Origin: a phage
Length of the DNA stretch: 64,000 nucleotides
Strand: one strand, 5' to 3'
NCBI GenBank assembly: GCA_011884725.1
Contig: GCA_011884725.1_3919.1
Shown: in pieces, positions 23,585-34,201 of the stretch
Numbering within the stretch: the stretch's first letter is position 1
Layout of the letters: each line of letters starts with the position of its first letter
Notes under the pieces: model-generated
Told to the model about the DNA's origin: nothing
Seen by the model: only the letters and a program-made list of their open reading frames with translations
Databases searched by the model: none
Program-made: the position numbers and the translations under genes

Positions 23585-25186
23585 ATGGACTTAAATGCTG
23601 TTAAGCAGAAGCGAGTGGAAGATGTTAGGAAAGTCCTAGCTGGAGAGTTGGGGCTTTCTGATGAAGTAAAAGAAATTATTAAATCATTCGGTAAAGACCC
23701 CTCTAAATTCCTTCCAACTCAAATTCTGACTTTATTAAGATACACACCAGACCAAGTTCGCCTTATCTTTAAATTGATGACTGATAAGAATTATGTAGCC
23801 CCTCAGCCGGGTTCTCAAGAGGTCTTTTTAAATACTAATGCTGACTTGGTTCTCTATGGTGGTGCTGCGGGTGCTGGTAAGACTGCTGCATTGTTAATGG
23901 ACTCTTTAAGGTTTATTGATGACCCTAATTATAATGCTGTATATTTCCGTCGAAATACAACACAGCTACAAGGTGGTTTGTGGCCTGCTGCAAAGAAACT
24001 ATTTGGTAAGTTTGGTGGGGTTCCTCACGAGCAGAAGATGACTATCACATTCCCTTCTGGGGCAACTATCAAGTTTACCTATCTAGAGCTTGAAAAGCAC
24101 GCTGAAGGTCATCAGGGTATTGAGTATTCAGCTATTTACTTTGACGAAGGTACTCACTTCTCTGCTTCACAGATTTCATACCTACAGACTCGTCTACGTT
24201 CTGGGGCTGAAGGTGATTCATACATGAAGATTTCTATGAACCCAGACAGAGACCACTTTATTTACGATTGGGTAGAACCATTCTTAGATGAAGAAGGTTA
24301 CCCAGACCCTGAAAAGTGTGGTCGTATTCGTTGGTATGTAATGAATGATGGTGTTATGGTTTCTGATTGGGAGAGAGACAAGATTCTTGAAATGTTTCCT
24401 CTTGAGATTCCTCAAACATATACATTCATCTCTGGTACGATTGATGATAACCCAATTCTTGACTTCTTAGAACCTAAATATCGTGGTAAGTTGGAAAACA
24501 ACACCCCTGTAAACGTTGCAAGACTTCGTTTCGGTAACTGGAAGGCTCGTGCAGAAGGTTCAAACTATTGGCAAAGACAATGGTGTGAAATTGTTGATTC
24601 ACTCCCAGAAGATGTATTCGATGTCAGAGCATGGGACTTAGCAGCAACTTTACCATCTGAGATTAACCCTAACCCAGACTGGACAGCAGGTGTTAAGATG
24701 GGTAAATCTAAAAAAGACGGTTGCTATTATATCATTGATGTAGTAAGATTTAGAGATAGACCCTCTGGAGTCGAAACACAAATTAATTTGACTGCTGAAA
24801 GTGACGGTAAGCGAACTGGTATTTTTATCCCTCAAGACCCAGGCGCTGCTGGTAAATCCTACGCAACATCCCTCATCAGGAAACTTGCCGAGAAAGGTTA
24901 TCGAGCAAGAGCTAAACCAACAAATAAAGACAAAGTTACCCGATTTGCGGGGTTTTCTGCTGCTTCTGAAGCTGGACTTGTAAAAGTCTTGAGAGGTAGT
25001 TGGAACGAAGCTTACTTTCAAGAACTTGAAGGTTTTTGTGGTGATGGTAAAACTAAAGATGACCAAGTGGATGCTACCAGTGATGCTTTCAACAGTCTTA
25101 ACGAAGTTAAATTATTCAAGCCACCATCAATGGGTGCTCACACAGACTTAGTGAGAGGAAACCCATATGAGGGGCTTAGACGTTGA
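23585..25186 (+). CDS. terminase large subunit
   Basis: Walker A LVLYGGAAGAGKT, ATPase and nuclease-domain acidic residues; ATG at 23585 follows RBS GGAGG. Confidence 0.9.
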   Translation: MDLNAVKQKRVEDVRKVLAGELGLSDEVKEIIKSFGKDPSKFLPTQILTLLRYTPDQVRLIFKLMTDKNYVAPQPGSQEVFLNTNADLVLYGGAAGAGKTAALLMDSLRFIDDPNYNAVYFRRNTTQLQGGLWPAAKKLFGKFGGVPHEQKMTITFPSGATIKFTYLELEKHAEGHQGIEYSAIYFDEGTHFSASQISYLQTRLRSGAEGDSYMKISMNPDRDHFIYDWVEPFLDEEGYPDPEKCGRIRWYVMNDGVMVSDWERDKILEMFPLEIPQTYTFISGTIDDNPILDFLEPKYRGKLENNTPVNVARLRFGNWKARAEGSNYWQRQWCEIVDSLPEDVFDVRAWDLAATLPSEINPNPDWTAGVKMGKSKKDGCYYIIDVVRFRDRPSGVETQINLTAESDGKRTGIFIPQDPGAAGKSYATSLIRKLAEKGYRARAKPTNKDKVTRFAGFSAASEAGLVKVLRGSWNEAYFQELEGFCGDGKTKDDQVDATSDAFNSLNEVKLFKPPSMGAHTDLVRGNPYEGLRR

Positions 25187-25202
25187 TAGCTAGGTGAGAA
25201 GA

Positions 25203-26669
25203 ATGGCAGATATTACAGAAACACAAGAAAGCTTACCACCATTTAGAATGGGTGAAGTAGGTTCTTTGGGTCTGAAGGTTAAGAATGGAAGAATCTATGA
25301 AGAACCTCGTCAGGCACTAAGGTTCCCTGAAAGTATTAAAACTTTCCAATTAATGATGCGTGACCCTGCTGTAGCAGCATCTGTAAATATTATTAAGATG
25401 TTTGTCAGAAAAGTCAACTGGAGATTCGTACCTCCAAAGGGAAAAGAGCAAGACCCTAAAATGCTTGAAAGAGCAGACTTCTTTAATTCTTTAATGGATG
25501 ACATGGAGCATGATTGGGCAGATTTTATTAATTCTGTAATGTCATTCTGCACTTATGGGTTCTGTGTTAACGAGAAAGTTTATAAGAAGCGTCAGGGTAA
25601 AAAAGGAAAGTACCAGTCTAAATTTGATGATGGTCTAATTGGATGGGCTAAATTACCAATCAGAAACCAATCAACACTTGATAAGTGGTATTTTGACGAA
25701 GACTTTAGAAAAGTTACAGGTGTTAGGCAGAATCTGAGAAATGTTTCACATATTGCTGGAGCAATTAATCTCGGAGAAAGACCACTAACAAGAAAACTTC
25801 CACGAGCTAAATTCATGCTGTTCAAGTATGACGATGAATATGGAAATCCAGAAGGTCGTTCACCATTACTTAATGCTTATGTACCGTGGAAGTATAAAGT
25901 ACAGATTGAAGAGTATGAAGCTGTTGGTGTTTCAAGAGACTTGGTAGGTATGCCAAAGATTGGTTTACCACCAGATTATCTGGATGAAAATGCAGAACCT
26001 GAAAAGAAAGCTTTCGTACAATACTGCAAAACTGTTGTCAACGATATGATTGCTAATGACAGAGCAGGTTTAATCTGGCCTAGATATATCGACCCAGATA
26101 CTAAAGAGGATATTTTCGAGTTCTCATTAGTTTCTAGACAGGGTGCTAAAGCATACGATACAGGTTCTATTATTGACAGATACTCCAAGCAGATTATGAT
26201 GGCATTTATGTCAGATGTTCTTGCTATGGGTCAGTCAAAATACGGTTCATTCTCTCTTGCAGATTCTAAGACAAGCTTATTAGCGATGTCAGTAGATATT
26301 CTGCTGAAGCAAATTAAGAACGTAATTAACCGTGACTTAGTTGCACAGACTTATGCTCTTAATATGTGGGATGATGAAGAACATGTACAAATCACATATG
26401 ATGATATCGAAACTCCAGACCTTGAAGCAATTGGTTCTTATATTCAGAAGACTGTTGCAGTAGGTGCTTTGGAAGTTGACAAAGAACTATCTAACAAGCT
26501 TAGAGAGCATATTGGTCTTCCTCCTGCTGATGAGTCTCAGCCAGTATCTGAAAAGCTTTCTCCAAATAGCCAAAGCCGTTCAGGAGATGGTTATAAGACC
26601 GCTGGAGAAGGTACTGCAAAGACACCTTCAGCGAAAGACCCAAGCACAGCAAATAAGGCAAATAAATAA
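25203..26669 (+). CDS. portal protein
   Basis: About 489-aa ORF immediately after the large terminase, followed by protease and capsid genes; RBS AGGTGAG. Confidence 0.75.
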   Translation: MADITETQESLPPFRMGEVGSLGLKVKNGRIYEEPRQALRFPESIKTFQLMMRDPAVAASVNIIKMFVRKVNWRFVPPKGKEQDPKMLERADFFNSLMDDMEHDWADFINSVMSFCTYGFCVNEKVYKKRQGKKGKYQSKFDDGLIGWAKLPIRNQSTLDKWYFDEDFRKVTGVRQNLRNVSHIAGAINLGERPLTRKLPRAKFMLFKYDDEYGNPEGRSPLLNAYVPWKYKVQIEEYEAVGVSRDLVGMPKIGLPPDYLDENAEPEKKAFVQYCKTVVNDMIANDRAGLIWPRYIDPDTKEDIFEFSLVSRQGAKAYDTGSIIDRYSKQIMMAFMSDVLAMGQSKYGSFSLADSKTSLLAMSVDILLKQIKNVINRDLVAQTYALNMWDDEEHVQITYDDIETPDLEAIGSYIQKTVAVGALEVDKELSNKLREHIGLPPADESQPVSEKLSPNSQSRSGDGYKTAGEGTAKTPSAKDPSTANKANK

Positions 26670-27169
26670 TGGCTGAAGTTATCTCTATTTCAAATGCTAC
26701 ACGAGTGCATTCGTATAGAGGTGTTCTTATTATCACTGACAAATTATCTGTAGAGGTTGGCTCAAGGGTCAGCCTTTCAGGTTATGTAAGTGATGGTGAA
26801 ACCTCTGACGTTTTCACTATTTGCAGGTTACTTGATGCTCCAATGAGTGGGAAACCGTTTATTTCAGGAAATTGTAGTGAAATTGTTAAAATTCCATTTG
26901 ACAGTTCATGCCTTTTGGGTGTAAAGTTATATAACTGCGAGAATAAACGTATCAATGTTAATAGCATTGAAGCCGCTTTCATTACCCTCGACACTGCATT
27001 TCAATCTCCAATGACAGTTAATAAAGAAACAAACAGACTTGAATACATTTTTTCACAAAATGATTACAAAGTACTTGTCAAAGGTAAAGTATATGATATG
27101 ATTGTAAATGTGGTAGATGAATCTGGTAACCATTCAACAGTCCTTAAACAAAAAGTAAGGTTTAATTAA
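26669..27169 (+). CDS. hypothetical head-module protein
   Basis: 166-aa ORF coupled to portal stop (TAATG). Confidence 0.6.
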   Translation: MAEVISISNATRVHSYRGVLIITDKLSVEVGSRVSLSGYVSDGETSDVFTICRLLDAPMSGKPFISGNCSEIVKIPFDSSCLLGVKLYNCENKRINVNSIEAAFITLDTAFQSPMTVNKETNRLEYIFSQNDYKVLVKGKVYDMIVNVVDESGNHSTVLKQKVRFN

Positions 27170-27501
27170 TGGGAACATTAACTATTGATGGTAAGAATAA
27201 AATCCTCGCCACGCTAACCCCAACGACTATTATTTTACACAATGTAGACCCAACGGCAGACCCTACAGCAAATAAGGTTACTCAGCCAGTGGCTATTTAT
27301 TTTTCTGAACCGGATAACGGCTTAATTGCCTCAGAAGACACAGTTAATATTACTGTTCCAGCTTCTGCAACGGTCTCACACTATAGCTTGTGGGATGCTA
27401 ACGATAAATGCGTGGCAACTGGTGCTCTTAGCAAACCTCAATTCTTTGCTGAAGAAGGTATTTATGTTATCTCTTCAGTCTCTGTAGATTTAAACAAATA
27501 G
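27169..27501 (+). CDS. hypothetical head-module protein
   Basis: 110-aa ORF, start overlaps previous stop. Confidence 0.6.
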   Translation: MGTLTIDGKNKILATLTPTTIILHNVDPTADPTANKVTQPVAIYFSEPDNGLIASEDTVNITVPASATVSHYSLWDANDKCVATGALSKPQFFAEEGIYVISSVSVDLNK

Positions 27502-27512
27502 GGTGAGTAAAA

Positions 27513-28859
27513 ATGAGTTCGAATATCTTCAGACTTGCTGATAGATTATTCAACCAACCTTTACTAGCCACTGAATCATTAGCTCACTCAGCAGCAACTT
27601 ATGTGAATAACAGATTGCTGGGTGATGTCCAAGCAGCAGTAAACTTTGATAAACCCAAAGGTGACGCAAGAAGTCTTTTAAAAGTAAAAGATGACATTGC
27701 TATTATCCCTATTATGGGTGGTTTAACTCATCGTATGACGTTCATTGATGCAATGTGTACAGGTGGATTAAGCTCTTATGAGGGTTTACGTAGAGGCTTT
27801 GACGAAGCTTTAGCAGATGAGTCAATCAAGACTATTGTTCTGCATATTGATTCTGGTGGTGGTGAAGCTTCAGGTTGCTTTGAATTAGCACGTCACATCA
27901 TGGCTTCAAGAGGCCAAAAGAAAATTATTGCTTATGTAGATGAGTTCGCTTGTTCCGCTGCATATGCTCTTGCATCTTCTGCTGAAGAAATTATTGCATC
28001 ACCAGATGCAGATGTTGGTTCTATTGGTGTAATCATGGTTCATCAGGAATTAACTAAGGCATTTGAAAAGAATGGCGTAACAATTAACGTCATCAAAGCT
28101 GGTGAGTTTAAAGGTATGGGTTCACCATTCCAAGCACTTTCAGAAGAAAGCAAAGAAAGACTTCAAAAGAGAATTAATGATACCTACGCAACCTTTACAG
28201 GTTTTGTAGCTGAAGCTCGTAATATCTCTGAAGAAGCTGTAAAGAATACTGAGGCGAATGTTTATTCTGCTCAGGAAGCTCTTGAACTTGGTTTAATTAA
28301 CTCAATCATGTCTCAAGATGATTTCTTAAATTACTTACAAGGTTCTGAAGAGGCTCCTGTAAGTTTAAACGTTAACAATTCAGGTGAAGAAATGACTGAA
28401 CAAGAAAAGCAAGAACTAGAAGCTTTGCGTCTTCAGGTTGCTCAAATGAAAGCTAAAGAACAGGAAGCTGCTTTGTCAGATTTGACTAATAAGATTTCTG
28501 CTTCTGCTGAAGCTTTTGGATTTGATGCAAAAGAAGCTGCAACGACTATTTTAGGTGCTGGTCTTGATAACCCTCTGAGTGTTCTGTTTATGAATGCTAT
28601 GGAAGGTGCTAACCAGAAACTTAATGAAACTATCGCGTCCCATGCTTCTGCAATGGAAGAAAAAGAATCAGAAATTACCAAGCTGAAAGAAACTGCTGGT
28701 GCTGTTCTTGAACATTCCAACGCTATGGAAGAAGTGGGTAATGACGGCGAAGCTGATTTAGTTGAAGAAGAAAAAGAACCAGCTAAGAATGCTTCCGAAG
28801 ACACCGCTGAACAACGCAAACTGGCTCTCCAGAATGCTCTAAAATCTCTTATCAAATAA
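27513..28859 (+). CDS. prohead serine protease (ClpP/S49-like) fused to scaffold-like domain
   Basis: N-half IIPIMGG..DSGGGEASG..ACSAAYALASSA resembles S49/ClpP peptidases; C-half Glu/Ala/Lys-rich and helical. Confidence 0.8.
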   Translation: MSSNIFRLADRLFNQPLLATESLAHSAATYVNNRLLGDVQAAVNFDKPKGDARSLLKVKDDIAIIPIMGGLTHRMTFIDAMCTGGLSSYEGLRRGFDEALADESIKTIVLHIDSGGGEASGCFELARHIMASRGQKKIIAYVDEFACSAAYALASSAEEIIASPDADVGSIGVIMVHQELTKAFEKNGVTINVIKAGEFKGMGSPFQALSEESKERLQKRINDTYATFTGFVAEARNISEEAVKNTEANVYSAQEALELGLINSIMSQDDFLNYLQGSEEAPVSLNVNNSGEEMTEQEKQELEALRLQVAQMKAKEQEAALSDLTNKISASAEAFGFDAKEAATTILGAGLDNPLSVLFMNAMEGANQKLNETIASHASAMEEKESEITKLKETAGAVLEHSNAMEEVGNDGEADLVEEEKEPAKNASEDTAEQRKLALQNALKSLIK

Positions 28860-28870
28860 GGAACACAATA

Positions 28871-29248
28871 ATGGCATATCAAGGTTTTACTAAGTTAGGT
28901 AAAAGAGAACCTCTGAATGATATCATTCTTTGGGAACAGGTTACCCCAACAGGCCACTCTCGTAAAGAGTACACCCCACAGGCATCTACAGAATATCGTG
29001 TAGGTGAAGTTCTGAAAGCAGATGGTACTAAAGTTGCAGCAGGGGAAGAAGCTCAGGCTGATTCTGTATGTATCGTTAACTTTTATGCAGACCTGCAACT
29101 GTCTTACCACGGTCAGTTGAAAGTTGTTGGTATTTACCGTGACGCAGAACTGAAAGACATGCTGACTCTTGAGTCTGGTGTTAATGCCGAGAGCGTCAAG
29201 ACAGCTCTGGCTGCTAAAGGTATTGATTTCGTACCAACTGGCCTGTAA
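28871..29248 (+). CDS. putative head decoration protein
   Basis: 125-aa ORF between protease and major capsid genes; call is positional only. Confidence 0.4.
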   Translation: MAYQGFTKLGKREPLNDIILWEQVTPTGHSRKEYTPQASTEYRVGEVLKADGTKVAAGEEAQADSVCIVNFYADLQLSYHGQLKVVGIYRDAELKDMLTLESGVNAESVKTALAAKGIDFVPTGL

Positions 29249-29281
29249 TAACAATAATAAGACATTCTGGAGAATTTTACA

Positions 29282-30388
29282 ATGTTGACTAATTCTGAAA
29301 AAAGCAGATTTTTCCTTGCTGACCTGACTGGTGAAGTCCAGTCTATCCCAAATACTTATGGGTATATTTCCAACTTAGGTCTGTTCCGTTCAGCACCAAT
29401 CACCCAAACTACTTTCCTTATGGACTTGACTGATTGGGATGTTAGCTTGCTTGATGCGGTAGACCGTGATAGCCGTAAAGCAGAGACTAGCGCACCTGAG
29501 CGTGTTCGTCAAATCAGCTTCCCAATGATGTACTTCAAAGAAGTTGAAAGCATTACTCCTGATGAAATTCAGGGTGTACGTCAGCCAGGCACTGCAAACG
29601 AACTGACTACTGAAGCTGTAGTACGTGCTAAGAAGCTGATGAAGATTCGTACCAAGTTCGATATTACTCGTGAGTTCCTGTTTATGCAAGCTCTGAAGGG
29701 TAAAGTTGTTGATGCTCGTGGTACTCTGTATGCTGACCTGTACAAGCAGTTCGACGTTGAGAAGAAGACTGTTTACTTCGACCTTGACAACCCTAATGCT
29801 GACATCGACGCTTCTATTGAAGAACTGCGTATGCACATGGAAGACGAAGCTAAGACTGGCACTGTAATCAACGGTGAAGAAATTCACGTAGTTGTTGACC
29901 GTGTATTCTTCAGCAAGCTGACTAAACACCCTAAGATTCGTGATGCCTATCTTGCACAGCAGACCCCACTGGCTTGGCAACAGATTACTGGTTCTCTGAG
30001 AACTGGTGGTACTGACGGCGTTCAGGCTCACATGAACACTTTCTACTACGGTGGTGTTAAGTTTGTCCAGTACAACGGTAAGTTCAAAGACAAGCGTGGT
30101 AAGGTTCATACTCTGGTGAGCATTGATGGTGCTGGTGCAGAGGTTGGTGTAGGACACGCTTTCCCTAACGTTTCTATGCTGGGTGAAGCAAACAACATCT
30201 TCGAAGTGGCTTATGGCCCATGCCCTAAGATGGGTTACGCAAATACACTTGGTCAGGAACTGTATGTATTCGAATACGAAAAAGACCGTGATGAAGGTAT
30301 TGACTTCGAAGCTCACTCTTACATGCTGCCATACTGTACTCGTCCTCAGTTGCTGGTAGACGTTCGTTCTGACGCTAAAGACGAATAA
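29282..30388 (+). CDS. major capsid protein
   Basis: 368-aa ORF after protease/scaffold, strong RBS, codon usage of a highly expressed gene. Confidence 0.75.
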   Translation: MLTNSEKSRFFLADLTGEVQSIPNTYGYISNLGLFRSAPITQTTFLMDLTDWDVSLLDAVDRDSRKAETSAPERVRQISFPMMYFKEVESITPDEIQGVRQPGTANELTTEAVVRAKKLMKIRTKFDITREFLFMQALKGKVVDARGTLYADLYKQFDVEKKTVYFDLDNPNADIDASIEELRMHMEDEAKTGTVINGEEIHVVVDRVFFSKLTKHPKIRDAYLAQQTPLAWQQITGSLRTGGTDGVQAHMNTFYYGGVKFVQYNGKFKDKRGKVHTLVSIDGAGAEVGVGHAFPNVSMLGEANNIFEVAYGPCPKMGYANTLGQELYVFEYEKDRDEGIDFEAHSYMLPYCTRPQLLVDVRSDAKDE

Positions 30389-30409
30389 TATTCTTAAGGA
30401 GGGTTATGA

Positions 30410-30859
30410 ATGTGTTATACAGGCGACCCAGCCAATAACCCTCTTGATAGAGTAAGAATCCTCTGCACAGACACCAATAATGATGAAATTCTTATTGAAC
30501 AGTCTGTGCTAGAGTGGTTCTATCTAGAATCTGGAAAGGATGAAAAGAAAGCAGCCATCAAAGCTCTTAAATATTTACTCTTTCAAGTAGCCAAGATGGG
30601 AGATGAGAAGGTTGGTGGTGTTTATTTACGTAACTCTTCCAGATTCAAATCTCTGAAAGCTGTTTATGATGACCTTGTTAAAAGCTCTGTTTCAGGACTA
30701 CCCTATGCAGGTGGTATTAACCAGTGCGATATTGATATGCGTCGTCAGAATCCTTGCTCTGTCAAGAAATACACAGAATATGGTGATGCTGCCAGATACG
30801 AAGGCAGAGATTACTGCAACCGTGTTAATGGCGTATTTATTATCGAGCGAGATGAATAA
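30410..30859 (+). CDS. putative head completion protein
   Basis: 149-aa ORF with RBS AAGGAGGG; positional. Confidence 0.55.
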   Translation: MCYTGDPANNPLDRVRILCTDTNNDEILIEQSVLEWFYLESGKDEKKAAIKALKYLLFQVAKMGDEKVGGVYLRNSSRFKSLKAVYDDLVKSSVSGLPYAGGINQCDIDMRRQNPCSVKKYTEYGDAARYEGRDYCNRVNGVFIIERDE

Positions 30860-31341
30860 TGGTTAAAAGGGTTATTCACCCCGCTAGAGCAAAATTAGTC
30901 GGGGCTATGAAGAACTTGCAAACGGCTAATGCTCAAGTTGGGTATTTTCAAGAACAAGGTCAACATAGCTCTGGTTTTTCTTATCCTGCTTTAATGTATT
31001 TGCAAGAAGTTATTGGGGTTCCCTCAGCTTCTGGTAAAGTATATCGTAGGTTGTTTGAAATCACTATGATGCTAAACAGACAGACCTTGTTAGAGCAGAC
31101 TAAGAAGAATCTATATAAGCAACTTAGCAGTCTCAACACAGACCCTTCAAATACCCTAGAAGCATTTGCAAAGAATGCTCAAAAGGCAATTAAAAGAGGT
31201 TTTGGTAATTCTGCTATCCTCCCTCCTAACGCACCTTCCACAGTCAAGAAAAAAGGCTTTAATGCACCTCTTGTTGAGACAGGTGACTTAAGGGATAACC
31301 TTGCTTATAAAATTTCTACTAAGAAGGGTATTAAGAAATGA
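30859..31341 (+). CDS. putative head-tail joining protein
   Basis: 160-aa ORF, coupled. Confidence 0.55.
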   Translation: MVKRVIHPARAKLVGAMKNLQTANAQVGYFQEQGQHSSGFSYPALMYLQEVIGVPSASGKVYRRLFEITMMLNRQTLLEQTKKNLYKQLSSLNTDPSNTLEAFAKNAQKAIKRGFGNSAILPPNAPSTVKKKGFNAPLVETGDLRDNLAYKISTKKGIKK

Positions 31342-31739
31342 GACTCTTAAACAGACACAGCTTTGTAGTAAAGCGTAAAGTCTCTGAAGACGGTTATTAC
31401 AATGATGATGGTGATTGGGTAGCTTCACAAGATATTGTAGAGGTTAACTGCAAAGGTAATATCCAGCCATATATCAAAGGTTCTGTAAAGAACGGTACAC
31501 AGATTGCTTTACCGGAAGGTATCAGGCTTACCGATACAAGAATCCTGTATACTACATATAAACTTAGAACTTCAGATGATGTAGAGTGGAATGAGTCTGA
31601 CATTGTTATGATTGATGGTCATGAGTATGAAGTATTTATGACTATGGATTGGTCACAGCAATTAGCTCATACGTCCCATTATGAATATATCATTATTAGA
31701 AGGGATAAAATGAATGCAGTTAGAAACAGCAGAACTTGA
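31338..31739 (+). CDS. putative tail completion protein
   Basis: 133-aa ORF, coupled. Confidence 0.55.
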   Translation: MRLLNRHSFVVKRKVSEDGYYNDDGDWVASQDIVEVNCKGNIQPYIKGSVKNGTQIALPEGIRLTDTRILYTTYKLRTSDDVEWNESDIVMIDGHEYEVFMTMDWSQQLAHTSHYEYIIIRRDKMNAVRNSRT

Positions 31740-32313
31740 AAAAGGTCTAGTTAGAACCTTAGTGGATGTTATTGGTCACAGACTAGCTCGTGATAAAAAT
31801 AATAGACCAAATGTAATTAGAGCTTACCCTTCTGATAACTCAAATGACAAAGGTTTAAAACCTGACCAGCCATTTATTACCGTATATTGTCAAGATGCTG
31901 CAACACCTTATGGTTGGGTTCTTGATAAGTTTGTTGAGGATGATGTAGTTTGCTACAGAATTGCTTTTCAGATTCCAGTATTAATTACGGTAAATGGTAA
32001 AGGTGCTCACAGTATTATGCTTGAGCTTAAACAACGATTAGAGATGAGTTCAGTCAGAGATTTAATTCTTGAAGAGACAGGAGCTACAGTTTTAGACACT
32101 GGAGCTATCCCGAATGACTATACCTATCTCAATACAGATTTCGAAAATTCTGCGCCTCTTGTTGTAACTCTTGTAAAAAATTCAGTCCTGAAAGATGAAC
32201 GTGGGGGAATTATTGAACGTGTCATTGTTGATGGTGAATTAGTTTACGAAGAAGGACAAGAGCCACCAGAATATACTATCCATCTAGATGTAGACTCCAA
32301 AGGGGTAAAATAA
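31714..32313 (+). CDS. hypothetical structural protein
   Basis: 199-aa ORF. Confidence 0.55.
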   Translation: MQLETAELEKGLVRTLVDVIGHRLARDKNNRPNVIRAYPSDNSNDKGLKPDQPFITVYCQDAATPYGWVLDKFVEDDVVCYRIAFQIPVLITVNGKGAHSIMLELKQRLEMSSVRDLILEETGATVLDTGAIPNDYTYLNTDFENSAPLVVTLVKNSVLKDERGGIIERVIVDGELVYEEGQEPPEYTIHLDVDSKGVK

Positions 32314-33666
32314 ATGTGGAATCCAATTGTTAATGTAGATATTACATTGAACACCGCAGGAACTACAAGAGAAGGTTTTGGGCTACCACTATTTTTAGCT
32401 TCAACAGATAACTTTGAAGAAAGAGTCCGTGGTTACACTTCCTTAACTGAAGTTGCTGAAGATTTCGATGAAAACTCTGCTGCATATAAGGCTGCTAAAC
32501 AACTTTGGAGTCAGACTCCTAAAGTAACTCAGCTTTATATTGGTAGACGTGCTATGCAGTACACTGTATCAATTCCTGATGAGGTTACTGAGAGCACCGA
32601 CTATTCTTTAACTGTAGCTGTGAGCGGTGGAGTTTCTCAGCCATTCCAGTACACTTCACAGTCAGAAGATACTGCTGAGAAGGTGCTACAGCAGCTTAAA
32701 ACTCAGATTGAAGCAGAGCCTTCTGTAAAAGACCTTGTTACCGTCAATGTAACTGGTGCTGGTGGTTCAGCAACAATGGTAATCACCAAAGCGGGTGACA
32801 ATGACTTCGTGAAGGTTACCACTACAGCACAAACAGTGTCAATTGCAAGTACAACTGCTGACACAGCATCGACTGCTCTGGCAGCTATTGAGGCTTATTC
32901 AACTGACTGGTATTTCATTGCAGCAGAAGATAGAACTCAACAGTTTGTCTTAGCAATGGCTTCTGAGATTCAAGCTCGTAAGAAGATTTTCTTTACAGCT
33001 AACTCTGATGTAACAGCCCTACAAGGTACAGAATTATCCAGTGCAAATGATGTTCCAGCACAACTTGCTAAGAATAAGTACACTCATACAGTTTGCTTGT
33101 GGCATCACACAGCAGCAGAAGATTATCCAGAAATGGCATACATTGCTTATGGTGCTCCTTATGATGCAGGTTCAATTGCTTGGGGTAACGCACAGTTAAC
33201 TGGTGTAGCTGCTTCTCTACAGCCATCTAATCAGAGACCTCTGACAAGTATTCAGAAGTCAGCTTTAGATGCACGTCACTGTAACTTTATTGACCTTGAT
33301 GGTGGTGTTCCAGTGGTTCGTAGAGGGATTACTTCTGGTGGGGAATGGATTGATATCATCCGTGGTGTTGACTGGTTAGAATCAGACCTGAAAACTTCTC
33401 TGAGAGACTTGCTAATTAACCAGAAGGGTGGTAAGATTACTTATGATGATACTGGTATTACCCGTATTCGTCAAGTCATTGAAACCTCTCTGCAAAGAGC
33501 AGTCAACAGAAACTTCCTGTCATCTTACACAGTTAATGTTCCTAAAGCCTCTCAAGTTGCTTTGGCAGACAAGAAAGCTCGTATCCTGAAAGACGTTACC
33601 TTCTCAGGTATCTTAGCAGGGGCTATCTTGGATGTTGACTTGAAAGGTACAGTGGCTTACGAATAA
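32314..33666 (+). CDS. tail sheath protein
   Basis: 450-aa ORF immediately upstream of tube, chaperones and tape measure. Confidence 0.65.
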   Translation: MWNPIVNVDITLNTAGTTREGFGLPLFLASTDNFEERVRGYTSLTEVAEDFDENSAAYKAAKQLWSQTPKVTQLYIGRRAMQYTVSIPDEVTESTDYSLTVAVSGGVSQPFQYTSQSEDTAEKVLQQLKTQIEAEPSVKDLVTVNVTGAGGSATMVITKAGDNDFVKVTTTAQTVSIASTTADTASTALAAIEAYSTDWYFIAAEDRTQQFVLAMASEIQARKKIFFTANSDVTALQGTELSSANDVPAQLAKNKYTHTVCLWHHTAAEDYPEMAYIAYGAPYDAGSIAWGNAQLTGVAASLQPSNQRPLTSIQKSALDARHCNFIDLDGGVPVVRRGITSGGEWIDIIRGVDWLESDLKTSLRDLLINQKGGKITYDDTGITRIRQVIETSLQRAVNRNFLSSYTVNVPKASQVALADKKARILKDVTFSGILAGAILDVDLKGTVAYE

Positions 33667-33681
33667 TAGAGGTAAATTGGA

Positions 33682-34128
33682 ATGGCTATGTATCAGCAAT
33701 ATTCCCCTAAAGACGTTGTGTGTAGCTGGAATGGTATTGCCATTGAAGGCTTTGCCCCAGACTCATTCTTACGTCTACAGAGAACATCACCACTTGTGAC
33801 ACCAGTTGTAGGTGCAGGTGGTCAAGTTGCTCTGACAAGAAATGCAGACAAGACAGGTACTATTGAGATTGAGCTAATGCAGACTTCTCTCTCTAACCAG
33901 ATGCTTTCTGCAATTCAAGCTAAACAAGACAATATGGAACTTGAAGAAGATATCTCTTCTAACTTCGTAATCTACGACCCATCAGGCTCTGTTCTGGCAA
34001 CTGGTATTAATGCTTGGTTGCAGGAATTACCACAGATTGAACTTGGTCGTGACCAGAACTCTAAGACTTGGATTTTTGGTTGTGAGAAGCTAGACTACAC
34101 TTCTACAATTCCAGCGTCAAGTGTTTAA
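33682..34128 (+). CDS. tail tube protein
   Basis: 148-aa ORF after sheath; followed by terminator. Confidence 0.65.
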   Translation: MAMYQQYSPKDVVCSWNGIAIEGFAPDSFLRLQRTSPLVTPVVGAGGQVALTRNADKTGTIEIELMQTSLSNQMLSAIQAKQDNMELEEDISSNFVIYDPSGSVLATGINAWLQELPQIELGRDQNSKTWIFGCEKLDYTSTIPASSV

Positions 34129-34142
34129 TAAATCCTATAAGG

Positions 34143-34177
34143 GGGAGACTTTAAAAGGTCTTCCCCTTTTTTGTTTC
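34143..34177 (+). terminator. intrinsic terminator after tube gene
   Basis: GGGGGAGAC..GGTCTTCCCC followed by TTTTTTG. Confidence 0.55.
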
Positions 34178-34201
34178 TTTTAAAAATATTAAGGAATCAC
34201 A

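Noticed and set aside
24650-25066. 138-aa minus-strand ORF inside the large terminase gene
   Set aside because: Antisense shadow ORF within a gene with clear terminase motifs.
29390-30316. 308-aa minus-strand ORF
   Set aside because: Entirely antisense to the major capsid gene; low-complexity translation and no RBS. Shadow ORF.
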